The notes: generated by a model not told the origin, from the sequence alone. A stretch of 64,000 nt of DNA from Octopus vulgaris (GCA_951406725.2 OX597838.1:6138001-6202000), one strand, 5' to 3'; shown: positions 12,177-26,030, counted from the first letter of the stretch. Program-made: numbers and translations.

Positions 12177-13046
12177 ATGTGTTCCTGTGTATGTGTGAGA
12201 GATAGTATACATACACACACTCACACATATATATGTGTGTGTGTGTGTGTGTGTGTATATAAAACATCTACTTTGCTGTATAAATAATTGTAATGATATA
12301 TATTACCATGTTCTAACAATTTCGCGTTAAACCATTACAGAAGGACCAGTACTTGAATGTCTCAATGGTTCACAAATTTCGGAAGAAATAAGGACAAAAA
12401 TACTTCGACGTCTATTGAACTCCTGAAGGTATACATTTCAATACTGAAACGGTTCTGCAGTCTCGGCGCTAAAATAATCTTTATTAATGTACTTTTTTCT
12501 AAGACTAACTTATGTGTTATATTAAATCAGTAACAATTCTACAGCTTTGAGTTGGTATGGTGTTCTTTATTACTATTCACAATACTCTTGTTCTTATCCA
12601 ATACAAAATATACTTCATAAACGAAGTACAGTGCGTGGGTGTGTGTTTTATGGATGAAATATTTGTCAGGTAAGTCCTGAAATAGAGCCTGGGTGAAATA
12701 CGGTGGCGAAATGTGAGAGTCATAAACAGTAATACAACTATGCACACCTTACTCTATTCGCTAATGCGTAAGTCTATCTATCTTTCTATCTATCTATCTA
12801 TCTTATATTTCTACGTATAAGTATATATAATGTGCGTGTGTATGTATGTGCGATTGCGTGTCTGCGTTCTGTGATATCTCATGCAGCCAATGAATGCAAC
12901 GCTAATGGATGTTAGATCTGAATAAATAAGAGAACGGCCTCAGTTATTTCATTAATGAAAATTCGATTTACAGAAACGATATTCGGTGTTATTTAATAGC
13001 TTAGAGCAACAGTAACAAAAACCAAGAAAACAACAAAAACAGCACC

Positions 13047-13171
<125 letters not shown>

Positions 13172-13719
13172 TTCATCTATATTGGAACAGAGCCAAAAAA
13201 ATACAAGTATTTAGCTGAGTAGATGTTCGTAGTCAATTTAATCGATATTCAATACATGACTGGAATTCTTTAGTAAATCCCAAGGGATTTTATAAAATCT
13301 TGACCCCCAACAACGATTTGATCTCAGATATTAAACTGGTCTGTAACTAAATGCGTTACGGAGAATTTTTTTTTTATTTCTCTTATACGGTGGACTTACT
13401 CTGTCTCTATTCCTCTGTTATTGTCTTTCTCTCCGTTTCATTTTCTTTCCCATTATTCCGCCCACCACTCCTTAATGTACTAATAATAAGCCACCCAGGG
13501 CGCTTCTATGCAGTTGGATGGCATCTGAAATATAGTAGCTACTTATTCCTCAAAAATAAGCTCTGCTTCTGAAATAAGGGAAGAAAAGATAGGATTACAT
13601 AATCCTTGCCTCCCACCAAATTTAGAGTATTTATCACATGACGTTGGATTAGCAGAGATCTAATGTTAATCTACAACAGCATGAAAAACAGTAAAATTAA
13701 TCGGCAGCAAAAATAATCG

Positions 13720-13915
13720 TTTCTAATAATAAATACAATGCCAGGAATTTTGAGGTTAGGAGTTATACGATTCCATCGACCACTGTATTTGGTTGACCTT
13801 TTGGGTACAATAGGAAAAGCAAACGATATCAGGGCATGAACTCAAAGCTAATGTGTCAAGTGAAATAGCGCAAAGTGTTATTTTCGGACGCAATAACGAT
13901 CAGGCCAGCTTCCCA
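13720..13915 (-). mobile_element. SINE family A, highly diverged
   Basis: Residual CGATTCCATCGACCACTG...AAAAGCAAA...GAACTCA...TAACGATCAGGCCAGCT in the expected order. Confidence 0.55.
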
Positions 13916-14474
13916 TCTAAATAATAACCATGTCGTATTCATTGGATATTATTAAAGGGCGAGATAGCACTTGCCAGGATTTGATCACAGAACGTAATGA
14001 TCAGTAAGTGGATATGGCAAGGAATTTATCCGATGCTCCAGCGAAACTACAGACGCACATATTTGTTGCAAAACCTCGAAGCTGCTTTCATGATGTAGGA
14101 ATAGAACTTAATTATCGCCAACCTCCAAATTATTCATAATCTTTTAATTCAAAGCAAAAAGATATAATCGGAAAATAAGAAACACGTCACAATTATAAAG
14201 AAGTGATACGGCCAATGTAGCAGAATAGACGTTCTTTACCGGAAAGCCTCCTGTGGGTAAAACCGAATTCTTAATCTAATGACCAACTAGGTTTTATATA
14301 TATGTACAGGGGAACGTATTCCAAATTTGGTAATTTTTTAAAGTCATTAAACTACAATGAAGTCAAGGTAAGGGAAATTTAATTTGGACTGGTAACTATG
14401 ATAACTAGAATCGTGCTTTTAATATGTGACCATCACATCGAAATTTATTGTTTACAAGATGTAAAACTATACTG

Positions 14475-14765
14475 ATTCTTGGATTTATTCTTTGTGAGCC
14501 TGGTTCTTATTCTGTCGGCCTTTACTGCCGAACCACTACGGGGACGAAAACATACCAACATCGGTTGTCAAACGATGTGGTGGAAGGGCAAACGCAGACA
14601 CAAAGACACACACATAAATATATACATATATATACGATGGGCTTCAGTTTGTTTGGCTGATCAAAGGTTATGGTAGACGATACTTGCCCAAGGTGCCATG
14701 CAGTAGGATTGACCGTGGAACCGTGTGGTTGGGAAGTATGCTTCGCACCACAAAGCCACGCCTGC
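14475..14765 (-). mobile_element. SINE family B, diverged
   Basis: TGCCGAACC...ATCGGTTGTCAA...ACTTGCCCAAGGTGCCATGCAGT...GAACCGTGTGGTTGG...ACCACAAAGCCACGCCTGC. Confidence 0.85.
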
Positions 14766-14778
14766 TACCCTATATATA

Positions 14779-14810
<32 letters not shown>

Positions 14811-15298
14811 CGTATACATACATATCCACACACACACATATATGTGGGGGCATACACAGACACGCGTGTGGAGTACGTGTCCAGGCTGACTGTTTTCTGA
14901 CGTTTTCTGTCTGAGTTATTTTGTACTCTATAACTATGCACATTCGTTTCGTATATTTAAATATTCTTGGAAATGTATTATCAAGTGGCCATGCTTCAAA
15001 GCGGCAGAGTTACTAGTGGTCGTTGCAAAGGAATTATTTCAGGTGGAGATGTCGGTGTTGTAAAAAGAAAAAGCAAAAAAAAGCAACAAGGCTGACTTTG
15101 CAAACGCCGAAGTATTGAAATTATTGGTAAATGTCTAGACAGTTGCATTTTTCCCTCTCTCTCTCTCTTGACTAAGAGAATATATATAGAACTGAGCGAG
15201 AATCACAAAAAAATTAATAGCGAAATTGACACGCATATTTCTCACATTTATGTATAACCACACACAAGACTTACTCACCTACATAAATTTCAATATGA

Positions 15299-15520
15299 TA
15301 TATATATATATATATATATGGGTGAGTATCTGTGTTTATATATATATATGTATGGGTGAGTATCTGTGTTTATATATATATATATATATGTGTGTGTATC
15401 TGTGTTTATATATATATATATGTATGGGTGAGTATCTGTGTTTATATATATATATATATATATGGGTGAGTATCTGTGTTTATATATATATATATATATG
15501 GGTGAGTATCTGTGTTTATA

Positions 15521-15567
<47 letters not shown>

Positions 15568-15616
15568 GTGAGTATCTGTGTTTATATATATATATGTATG
15601 GGTGAGTATCTGTGTT

Positions 15617-15665
<49 letters not shown>
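15299..15665 (+). repeat. Compound minisatellite: ATGGGTGAGTATCTGTGTTT units separated by variable (TA)n, about 8 units
   Basis: The constant ~20-bp unit recurs 7 times plus one variant, between TA runs of different length. Confidence 0.92.
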
Positions 15666-15668
<3 letters not shown>

Positions 15669-16294
15669 AACAAATATACATGCCTGTATAAATGGATGCG
15701 TGCTTATGCGAATCTGTGCGTGCGTGTATATGAGTATATATGCATATATACATTTATATGTACGTATGAATGCATAGTTTGTGTGTGTGTATGTGTAAAT
15801 ATATATACATAAGTGACTATAGATATATATGATTGCACATGTGAGGTATATGCATGATGTATTGTTGTATGTGCGTGCGCGAATAAATATTTGCGCAGAT
15901 GTCTATACCTACGCGCATGCTTATACTATATATTTACCTATAGACGCTTTTGACAATTCTACATATTATTTTCACCTGAGGCAAACCAATGAGATGAAGC
16001 AGGTGATAACACAGCGTATGAATAAAAACGAAAATCTTTTAGCTTCAAATCAGAATCTTCTCGAGATGTTTTTTTAACAAAATTATTACATATTGCATAG
16101 ATTTTTACACAGTTTCATCATGTCGTACAATAATCAAAATGGGGAGGTATTTTAGCGAAGTTAATTACCGATATTTATAAATAAAACTTTACTAACGACG
16201 TTACAGGATGAAGAGACACGTTATGTCAATGTTCCTTAGTTTCTTATAAAATAATGCGCCAGCAGTAATGGTGGGCGTAGAGTAGCTGTACTCT

Positions 16295-16330
<36 letters not shown>

Positions 16331-16371
16331 TAGTAGTCGTTGTAGCAGTAGTAACGACAACTACAGCAATA

Positions 16372-17208
16372 ATCGTTTCTAAAATAGGAACAAGGTTTGA
16401 AATATCGGGATGTGCTCGTCGATAACGTTGACTCCGGTGCTTAAGTGGTGCTTTATTTCCTCGACTCTGAAAGGGGTGAAAAGACACAGCCGACCATGGC
16501 GCAAATTGAGCTCATAGGGTTAAGTTGAAGGAAATATCGTTAACCTTATCTTCTGGCATGTTAAGGATTCTTTTAGCTCGCCGGATTAACAGCTGCATTA
16601 TTAGTCCGATCTACAATAAGCACAAGGTCTGAAATTTGGCGCGAGGGGCCCAGTCGGTTGCATTGACCCCCAACTGGTACTTATATCATCGATCCAGAGA
16701 TGATGAAAGGCAAGATCGAACTCCGCGTTATTTGAACTCAGAACTTAAAAATGGACGAAATACCGCTAAGCGTTTTGTCCACCGTGCTGACGATGCTACC
16801 AGCTCGCCGCATTGTAGCTACATTGATAACGGTTTCAAATCTTGGCACAATCCCACTTCCTCGAAATTGCTGGCTAAGTCGATTACATCGACCCTAGTCT
16901 CAGCGCGTTCTTATTTTATTGACACTGATAAGCATTTTGTCCGTTTAGCTATTTATTCTACTGAATGGGGGCCTTAATACAATAATCCTTTTTATGATAT
17001 AGACACAAGACCTGAAATGGTTTGAGAGTCGGTACTAGGTTACAACAAGCTTTGTTATCACCAGGTACTTCTTTCGTCTATCCCGAATTCCTGAAAATAA
17101 ACATCAAATAATGAATTTGGTGGTGTTTATTCTCAGTACGTAATGTAGTAAAATATACAGTTAAGCATTTTGTTTGACGCACTAATGTTTCTGCCAGATC
17201 ACCTCCTT
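16372..17208 (-). mobile_element. Cluster of four head-to-tail diverged SINE family A copies
   Basis: The motifs ACAAG..TGAAAT, GGTACTT/GGTGCTT..TCGA, GAAAGGC/GAAAGAC and AGCTCGCC repeat at about 16372-16585, 16605-16810, 16830-16945 (partial) and 16985-17208. Confidence 0.7.
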
Positions 17209-17310
17209 AATAATAATTAGTTTGCCTCGAAAAAAGATATGAGAGAACTATTTTGGTCTTAAATATATAATCAAGCTCTCGTCCTTTTTTTTTTTTATTC
17301 CCCATATCAT

Positions 17311-18015
17311 GTTTTACTTTGATGTATATACCTTTGGGGGCATTGGACGAGATAATACTGAGGGAGGTTGTCGCCACTGGAATTAAAACGTTCTCAAAGA
17401 AAGAGCATCGTGATTAAGATCAGTATTTCAAGGAGAAAATGATACTGAAGCTTTGTAAAGTCTACAGCCGGAGGAGATTATAGAAAAATGAAATTGTGAA
17501 TAATTGAGATGATGACGTTGAAAATGGGATATAATACCACTGACGAAATATTGGATGTAGCATAAAATGAAGAGGAGAAGTGATAGTATGTCATCAGAAC
17601 TTTTCGAATCGTAAGTTAAAATAAGATGGGAATGTTTCTAGTTGACAAATTCTGATTATCGTTGTCTGCGAGAAAATTTGCAAGTTTATTTTTCAAGTAG
17701 TGTTACATCTGAGAATGTGACTGCTCAACATAAGCATCTACTCTTTACGATTCTGAGATGTATGTAAGGAGCAACGACCATAAATGTTAGATTCTCGTCG
17801 TCGGAGAAAGAGGTAATGCAATTTTAAGCTGACAAAGAGATTGAATGTTTTGTATATAGCAATCTCATGTATATGATGTACAATAAACTCATTCACTTTA
17901 TCAAGTTTTACTTTGATGTATATACCTTTGGGGGCATTGGATGAGATAATACTGAGAGAGGTTGTCGCCACTGGAATTAAAATGTTCTCAAAGAAAGGGC
18001 ATCGTGATTAAGATC
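17311..18015 (+). repeat. 111-bp direct repeat pair (17311-17421 and 17905-18015)
   Basis: GTTTTACTTTGATGTATATACCTTTGGGGGCATTGG...CATCGTGATTAAGATC occurs twice, 594 bp apart, with about 4 substitutions. Confidence 0.95.
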
Positions 18016-18349
18016 GACGGTGTACTACACATTCGGTGTCGAAAATCATAAATCTACATTAGTTAACACTGTTGATGGATGTTCAGAAGAAATGTGATAC
18101 TTCAGCGAGGAAAACACATGCTACCCGATAAGTTTTTTCTGCACACAAGAAGCTTATAGAAGCCATAGCAGACAGCAGACAGAACTTTTCTAGGTAAAAT
18201 ATGAAGGTAAATGAAGCTGCGTTTAATCTCGAATATTTACGAAAATCTACGCAAAATTTCAAAAAGCAAATTTGAAAGAAAACAAAGCTTGTATCACTAC
18301 ACAGGAGAATTGTTTCAATGGCGAATTATGGAACTAGTATTATGTAACA

Positions 18350-18732
18350 GGCGCAGGAATGGCTGTGTGGTAAGTAGCTTGCTAAGCAACCACATGGTTC
18401 TGGGTTCAGTCCCACTACGTGGCACCTTGGGCAAGTGTCTTCTGCTATAGCCCCGTGACTAGATTTGTTAGACGGAAACTGAAAGAAGCCTGTCGTATAT
18501 ATATATATGTGTATGTGTGTGTGTTTGTGTGTCTGTGTTTGTCCCCCTAGCATTGCTTGACAACCGATGCTGGTGTGTTTACGTCCCCGTCACTTAGCGG
18601 TTCGGCAAAAGAAACCGATAGAATAAGTACTGGGCTTACAAAGAATAAGTCCCGGGGTAGATTTGCTCGACTAAAGGCGGTGCTTCAGCATGGCCGCAGT
18701 CAAATGACTGAAACAAGTAAAAGAGTAAAAGA
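18350..18732 (+). mobile_element. SINE family B, near full length
   Basis: Colinear with 2593-2997 apart from a small internal deletion; tail AAGTAAAAGAGTAAAAGAG. Confidence 0.92.
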
Positions 18733-19029
18733 GAGAGCAAAGAGAATGGATTAGGGGATTCTCAGCTAAGACATGAAAATCAATACCTGAAAGGGCAGAA
18801 CAATAACATTAAATATATATATATATAAAATGCCGATAATATTTATCTTAACTGACCAGTGGTTAAAAGGGGAAAATAAACAGCGAAAATTGCCAAAGTG
18901 AGGAAACAATCTCGGCTAACATGGAAGCACGTTGAACTGTGGTTCATAGAAGTGAAACAATGCATCAATTTTAGCCTGAAATTGACATGGCAAAACAACG
19001 ATTATAAAGAGTAGAGGTTGAAAGCAAGA

Positions 19030-19350
19030 AGAAGGGGAAAATGACGTATGAAAATTGTATAAAAGATGTGTAAAATGGAGGAAAGAAAGTTCGGAATGGA
19101 TACAAAGAACAACCATTAGGGTCAACACGGAGGCTCTGATAATGGGAGAGCAAGAGCAATCTGGAGAAGCGATTATATGAATTATAAGATTACTGCAATC
19201 GTAGTCACATAATGTAAATTATTTGTAACGCGCTTAAAACAAACAGAGGCGGAGACATAGCAAAAGTTAATGGAATTGTTCACTGCACGATGTTGGAGAG
19301 GCATAAACTGTAGAGAAGAAATGCCTCGGTGGTAGACACACCTGAAACGA
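19030..19350 (+). mobile_element. R4/Dong-clade non-LTR retrotransposon internal remnant (pre-zinc-knuckle to RHD region), frameshifted
   Basis: Across frames: KESSEWIQRTTIRVNTEALIMGEQEQ, DYMNYKI...CKLF, RRRHSK, GIVHCTMLERHKL...TPE. These match SWxWL...ETEALIxAAQEQ, CRLC, RRHD..A.IVHW and HxPE. Confidence 0.7.
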
Positions 19351-19859
19351 ACCAAAGTTTTAAGACTTCACATCTAATGTAATTGAAAGATATGTGAGAT
19401 ATTGCGATATTGGACAATTTTATACACTTAACATACAGCACTCATAAATATACACTCTCATTTTTACGTTGTTCCAGTAGTTGTATATATATATATATAT
19501 ATGACGTACAAATGATAGAAACTTTAGTGAAATTGCAAATATCTGCTACATAAGAAAGAGGGAATATTTCAGAGAATTGCAATTATGCGCATGCGTTAAG
19601 TGATAGGTGATACAAACATTCATATACATACACTTTCCACTATCCAGTTTACACCACACCCTCCGTCTCCCCCACCACCACAACTACAACCATCATCTCT
19701 TTCTCTCTCCTCTATCTCTCCCCCTCCCCTGTCCATTCCTTTAACGTGACCCTCAGAATATCACCCCTCTGCTAAAAGTATATTTTCAGCTCTCCTTTGT
19801 ACATTCAACTAACTCTTTAACCTCATAATAAATATTGCGCTCCGCCTACCATGGACACT

Positions 19860-19915
<56 letters not shown>

Positions 19916-20179
19916 TATTTCTGTAGTTCCTTCTCACATTCTCTTTCTCCCTCTTTCTGTCTCTTTGCTTTATCCTATTTTACTCTCTCTTTTTTCTTCC
20001 TCCCCTCCTTCCATTCAGCTAACCCTTTGAAAGCTTTAACATCACATTCCCTCACGTAAAGGACGCTTCTCTTCTCCTGTTTTTCTCCCTCCTTTTCTCT
20101 CTTCTTTTGTTTCTCCAATTACGGTAAGTAACGTAATGAGAAGCAGAATTTTTATAACAAAATTCTAATTTTGGTAGAT

Positions 20180-20780
20180 GACCATGAAATCTGGGTCGAG
20201 ATCAAGAGGTCCTACTCTGAACAACCTGAACCGACTGCTCAAATTACAAGCGTTTCCAGACAGAAAAATTGTCTACGATTGAAGGAAAGTCCTGTATACG
20301 ACCTGCTGGTTTCGAGAAAGAGATTGTTCGATTCTTTGTATTTCAAATACATTTAAACCAGCGTAGATCACATATTTCCAAACCAATCGACGTTCTATCT
20401 GTCCGCATCCTTCCAAATCCATGTTAAGACCATTAAGTTTGTTCTTGACGGCATAACTTAAATGTTTCCAATGTGTGTGTCTAGGATGTTTACGCCCTTG
20501 AAACTGCAAGTAAAACAAATGCTTATGAAAATTTTCCACTTGCATCCTTGTAAAGTGCCAAAGCAAGCATGTTTGAAATGCACATGAATTTGCATTTCAA
20601 TGTTGGATGCGTTCACTCATTGAAGAACAACGGCATCTTGGGTGTTACAGGCCGTCGTTGCATGTTGAAATATCTGAGTATGTGTTTGGTGGTAATTTAT
20701 TCGTTGATGTTCTACTTACATATATGACTCAAATATCTCGAATTACACACGAAGATACTTGGCAAACAACAATACTGGCA
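20180..20780 (-). mobile_element. RTE/BovB-like LINE 3' coding remnant
   Basis: ORF 20273-20566 (LWHFTRMQVENFHKHLFYLQFQGRKHPR...AVKNKLNGLNMDLEGCGQIERRLVWKYVIYAGLNVFEIQRI) resembles the RTE C-terminus WxGHVxRM..RLPKQLFYGEL..GKR...W..L..DR..W...G...FE..R. Confidence 0.75.
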
Positions 20781-21474
20781 CAAAACACCAGAACACCGAA
20801 TCATTTATATATAGCTCTATTTTAATTATGTCAAATTTGCTATATGCATTGAATCGTATATGCCATGTTTATGACTCCACACAAGCACACATATATTCTC
20901 TCTCACACACACACACATGTATCAATACTTATATATGTACACACGCACACAATCACTTTCATGATATCTGTAAGTGTTCGTGTATATATTTGTCTAAATG
21001 TGTAAGTATCTATAAACATTAACGTGTATCGTAGATCAAGGGGTTAGCAACTGATACATCACTGTCAAAAGATCTTTTATTTCCTTCAATAGAAATATAA
21101 GTTCTCGGTGTAGAGATACAATGAAGATGGCTATGAATGTTTAATCAAATATCTTTATTCATTTATTTTATATATACCTAATTGGTCAACACTGGCATTA
21201 TGGTTTACGAGTTTCCCATCTGGTCCATCACTGGTTTATTGCACTTTCTAGGACGATGAGAATATGAGAGGTTAATAGAAATTCGGTGCAGAGCTGAACA
21301 AACAGGCGAGTTTATAAAACTTTCGTTTCTGGTTCACGTCTTCTATTTATATCTCTGACTGTTATACGTTGACAAATAGAGCACGAACACCCATATGCAC
21401 AAGCTGAAATACGTATGGGCATATAATTTTCCTTCTCTCTCTCTCTCTCTCACTCTCTCTCTCTCTTTTGAATA

Positions 21475-21517
<43 letters not shown>

Positions 21518-21787
21518 CAATCTCTTATGTGGTGGTTTAATAAAGTATGTGATTGAGTATTATCTGATAATTGATATGGATGTATTTCTCCATTTTCTTA
21601 TCTTGTATTAGTAATTTGTGGTAAATCATTTTACCTTTGCCCATATAATACAGTAAATGAATTGATTACATCGCAATCCTTAACATTTATGTATTAACTT
21701 TGTTGGGTACTTCACTAGCAATATATTGGATATATGTTATCCCATGGAGGGTTGCATTTACAACCCCTATCTAAATTTGTATATATG

Positions 21788-21830
<43 letters not shown>

Positions 21831-21849
21831 TGTGTGTAGGTGGATGGAT

Positions 21850-22030
21850 CAAAACAAATTTAGTGAAACTCCTTGGTGCACAGAAATTCAAGTATGATGC
21901 AAGTATATTAGTTTGACGCCCGAGTAAATGGAAAAGTCTTTTACGTTTCGAGTCTACGCCCATCAGGAGAAAGAAATGAGGAAATAAATAGAGAGAGAAT
22001 TGAAAAACAGCTTGTAGAATTCAGCAGTCC
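21850..22030 (-). mobile_element. Short non-coding element family F with degenerate hammerhead-like motif
   Basis: Shares TATTAGT.T.ACGC.C...GAAAAGTCTTTTACGTTTCGAG.CTACGC with the reverse complement of 49915-50100. Confidence 0.7.
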
Positions 22031-23039
22031 CTACGAGAGGCTTCGTTTAGTTTTCTTCCACCAATCTACTCACGATGATTTGGACAGCCCAAGGCAGTAG
22101 GACCGCGCATGGAGATGTGTAGTTGCAGAGATAGTTATTATGAGATGCGCACATAAGCAAACGACTGATTTCTGGCTCCTGAATTCTACTCACATTGCAT
22201 TGTTAAACACACAGGGAAAGACACGTACTCTGCAAACCATGAAATAGGTGTAAACTTTGAAGTATGTACTTGGGAATCGAGCATTTCAACCACACAATCA
22301 TTCACATGTCCATACATATGAAACAATAAATGGTTGAATCATTGCGGCAAGTAGATAACTAACTCAGGCTGTGCTAATTATTATTGATTCGACAGTATAG
22401 TTACTCGAATGTATATGGTTTACGAGCTGATAAGTGATCACCTTCAACTAGCTATCAACCATTTCCAGCCAAAAGGATTGAACTTTTGTAGAGAAGGCCA
22501 GCTAATCAGGTGTTAAATTGACAGGAAGCAAAAGATGTGGTGTGAATTTCACATCTGATTAACACCGTCGAGACATGCCCGGACATCTTTGCTATCTTTA
22601 GGTTTGCTAGAAATAGCAATCGAACCTCGGCGAACTACCATCAAATAGAATCTGTCTTAATTTAAAATATAGGAAGTAGATATTGAAGATTGATGTATTC
22701 GAAAACCAATATCGATCGATCGCATTGGTGATAATTCTGCTGAATCACTCTTCATCAGTGATAAGACAACAATTGTCACAGCAATCAACAACACCAAGTA
22801 ATTCTTTTTCGATGTGAGTCAATATGGGAGCAGGAAGATGAGAAGACACATAAAAACCGAAACTGAGCAAGCAAACGAGACAGAGACAGTGAGACACAAA
22901 TGGGGAGAATTTGTTCTTTATAATGTTACGTCTCTTGAGGATATACACTGCCAAAAGAAATCTACACACCTCGATAAATACAAACATACACACGCACACG
23001 TATGTGGCAGTTAAGTAATACTCCTTCACGAGTCATATA

Positions 23040-23210
23040 GACTCTCGGGGCTGGTTGCCATGACGGGACACGGAGCCGTTGCAGAATTATTCAGCTGAGT
23101 GGACTGGAGCAACGTGAAATGAAGAACACAGCGTCTCACTTAGTACAGGAATCGAAAGCACAAGCTTACAATTATGAGTCCCACACCCTAACCACTAAAC
23201 CGCGTACATC
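23040..23210 (-). mobile_element. SINE family C, diverged
   Basis: CAGCTGAGTGGACTGGAGCAACGTGAAATGAAG...AGGAATCGAA...ACACCCTAACCACTAA. Confidence 0.8.
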
Positions 23211-23216
23211 TTCATT

Positions 23217-23260
<44 letters not shown>

Positions 23261-23384
23261 TACATATATACATATTTATATATATGCATATATATGTGTA
23301 CGTATGTATATATGCATATATATGTATGTATGAATATATATATATATATATATACATGTATGTATCAATATATGTACATATGTA

Positions 23385-23426
<42 letters not shown>

Positions 23427-25649
23427 CGTGTGAGTGTGTAAGAATTTTTTCAAATAAATATATCAAGCAATTTGTTTATAATATATACACACACACTCCA
23501 ATCACACACACATCTTACTCTAGCATAGACGCAAAACCCCGGCTGAAAAGAATGAAGGATAAAATATAAAATCCTGTATGAATTGCTGTCACATTCTATC
23601 ACACAATGGCCCCGAAATTCTTCAAAAATGAAAGGAGAGTTGACTCATTTGTTAATGAATTTCTCTACACAGCTAAACAAATAAGAAGTGGTTAACATCC
23701 TCCCTGAAATACTTTTAAAATTAGGCCTGCGCTACACACTTGAACCGAAGCTTAACAATGAGACGAGGAGGGTTACATGTATTAAACTTTAATGTAGAGC
23801 AAACTCGCAGCGACGAGAAACGAATATTTGACATCGCAGCTATTTACTCATTAACCTATCGGCGTGGACACCGTTCGTTCTCTGTGAAAGAATACCGCAG
23901 AGAATCGCTGGAATTAAATATAAGAATAATCAGATTTGATTGGACAACACGTTTATCTTCATTTATGGCTATTACTATCCAGCGAGGATTGAGAAATCAA
24001 TTATGTCACAGTACATTCCCAGTGCACGCAACTGAACTCCATACAGAACTATTATGATGGTGATAATATTTGTGATCTAGCAAGATCATGTCATATTGCT
24101 TTTGACACTTTCTCATAAAGGATTAGACGCGATTGAAATCACATGGTTCTTGTTAATTGGCATTCTATATGAAACGATTTGAATAAGCTCATTTACGAAC
24201 TACTTTTAATTTTCATTTAATTTTTTTTTTTGCATTTAAGAAAAATCTTTTACTTAATTGCAAAATAGAAGACAAATAATTAGTAGAATATATTCTTTTG
24301 AAAATGATTTGATCTCAATTTCATGGTGTGAAAGAGTGGAAAATTTCAGATGAACAGTCATTCTTCATATTCTATATATGAAATATTTATTGTAAGATTA
24401 AAAAAAATTGCTTCCTTTAACACATTTTATCGGATTCGATATCACAGTTCTACACACCGCGCCAGGTTCTCCAACTGGTTGGCCAAACGCTTGCGAGCGA
24501 TTTTGGTAAACAGGTATACCAACTCATTTGTGTTTACTGTCATTTTTTTTTCTTTTATGCCTACCTTAGCCAATATGTCCGTGAAATTTTATTAAATAGC
24601 AGGCGCCATTTGATAGATAACCGGCGGCTATTTCCAGTAGATTAAATGACTCCAAAGAGATTCCTTCTTTCTCTTGCAGTGCTCTGATTCTATTTATACC
24701 GGTGGGTATGACTAGTTACATATTACTTAAGGCCTAATTGCACTGAATAAAAAAAAGACGGTATAGCTACTCCTACGTACACATGCATGTAAGCATATTA
24801 AAAATGTATGCAGAGATTTCTGCTGCATATACATAGATACACCATGAAGGTCATCCTTACATTGTGCACAATTAAAAATGTTATTTGGAACTCTCGATTA
24901 TATTACCTGCTATTAACGGATAATGTATAGCTTCGAGCCAGAAAGGTGAAATAAAATAATGATCCTAATGAAATTTGACCTTGAAACTTAAAGAGCCATA
25001 GGTATATGACAATCATCTTTTTTTCGACGCTCCTAATATTCTGTCTTGTCCACCGAACAGCAAGTTATGACAGAAATCGGAAATAGGCAGAAGTAGTCAG
25101 TATTTTTGGACGGCTATTGTTGTATAATATTACACATGTACTTTATTGGTTCTTTATGTTATCGACCACGAAGGAACAAGATATAATAACAATGGAAGCT
25201 GGCTTACGATTTGAATTGACCGCTTGACCTTAAGTTGTAATTGCGGCAACTAATTAACGCAAGCTATATACGTATTTTGCCAAACCACTCTAAATATTCT
25301 GCCATTAACCGCGGAGTAAGCAACGATAATGACTACAATAAGAAAAATAACAACGATGATGATAATATTTATGTCGTTTTACATACATAGTGTTTTAGCA
25401 TCCACTTACTGTAATGATTGTCCGTCTAGACACAGAGTGAAAAAAAGACTTAAAACACTTGAAGTTTCCCCATTCCATTTAAAAGTTTGTCAGACTGATT
25501 TAAAAATAAACTCAACAAACGAAATACAAGCGAACTGAAGAAAAAGAACTAATCTATATGTCGCTTGTGAATTAGCAATTTGGCTCCGGCATTATCCTAC
25601 AAATTGCTTCTGTCTTTCAAAAAGTCAGTCGTAGAGACATTAACATCAC

Positions 25650-25683
<34 letters not shown>

Positions 25684-25719
25684 GTTGTTGTTGTTTTTTG
25701 TGTATTTGCTTGTAGATGG

Positions 25720-26030
25720 ACGGCTGAGACAAGGCACTAGAGACTGTTTTATTGAGACGTAATCAGGGTCTATATAGGGTTCCTTAATAAATACAAGAAT
25801 ATCCTCAAACCGGTGCAATGTACAGATTTATTGTATTAAATCTCTGTACTAAAGTTATTCATCTGTCTCCTATATATTTTGTGTCGAGTTTGAATCGCTG
25901 TTCATTCATTGATCTGTCAGCGGACTAAACAGAATATCGTTTCCATCATCGCTTGTCGACCCAGGTTCAAATATCATCTACATTTTCCTCAATGTCAATG
26001 TCTACATAATAGTCATTATAGAAACTGCTA
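25720..26030 (-). mobile_element. Possible piggyBac-type transposase relic
   Basis: ORF text EPYIDPDYVSIKQSLVPCLSR weakly resembles YxP...SIDESLVPxxGR, preceded by an acidic stretch; heavily decayed. Confidence 0.25.

Noticed and set aside
12423-12462. Hammerhead-like CTGAAGG...GAAAC...GTC
   Set aside because: A9 is substituted and stem I cannot form; could be chance or very decayed.
15299-15665. CRISPR-like repeat-spacer appearance
   Set aside because: The spacers are only (TA)n, there are no cas genes, and the context is eukaryotic.
22712-22764. Minus-strand TTATCA-CTGATGA followed by a hairpin
   Set aside because: No GAAA box after the stem.
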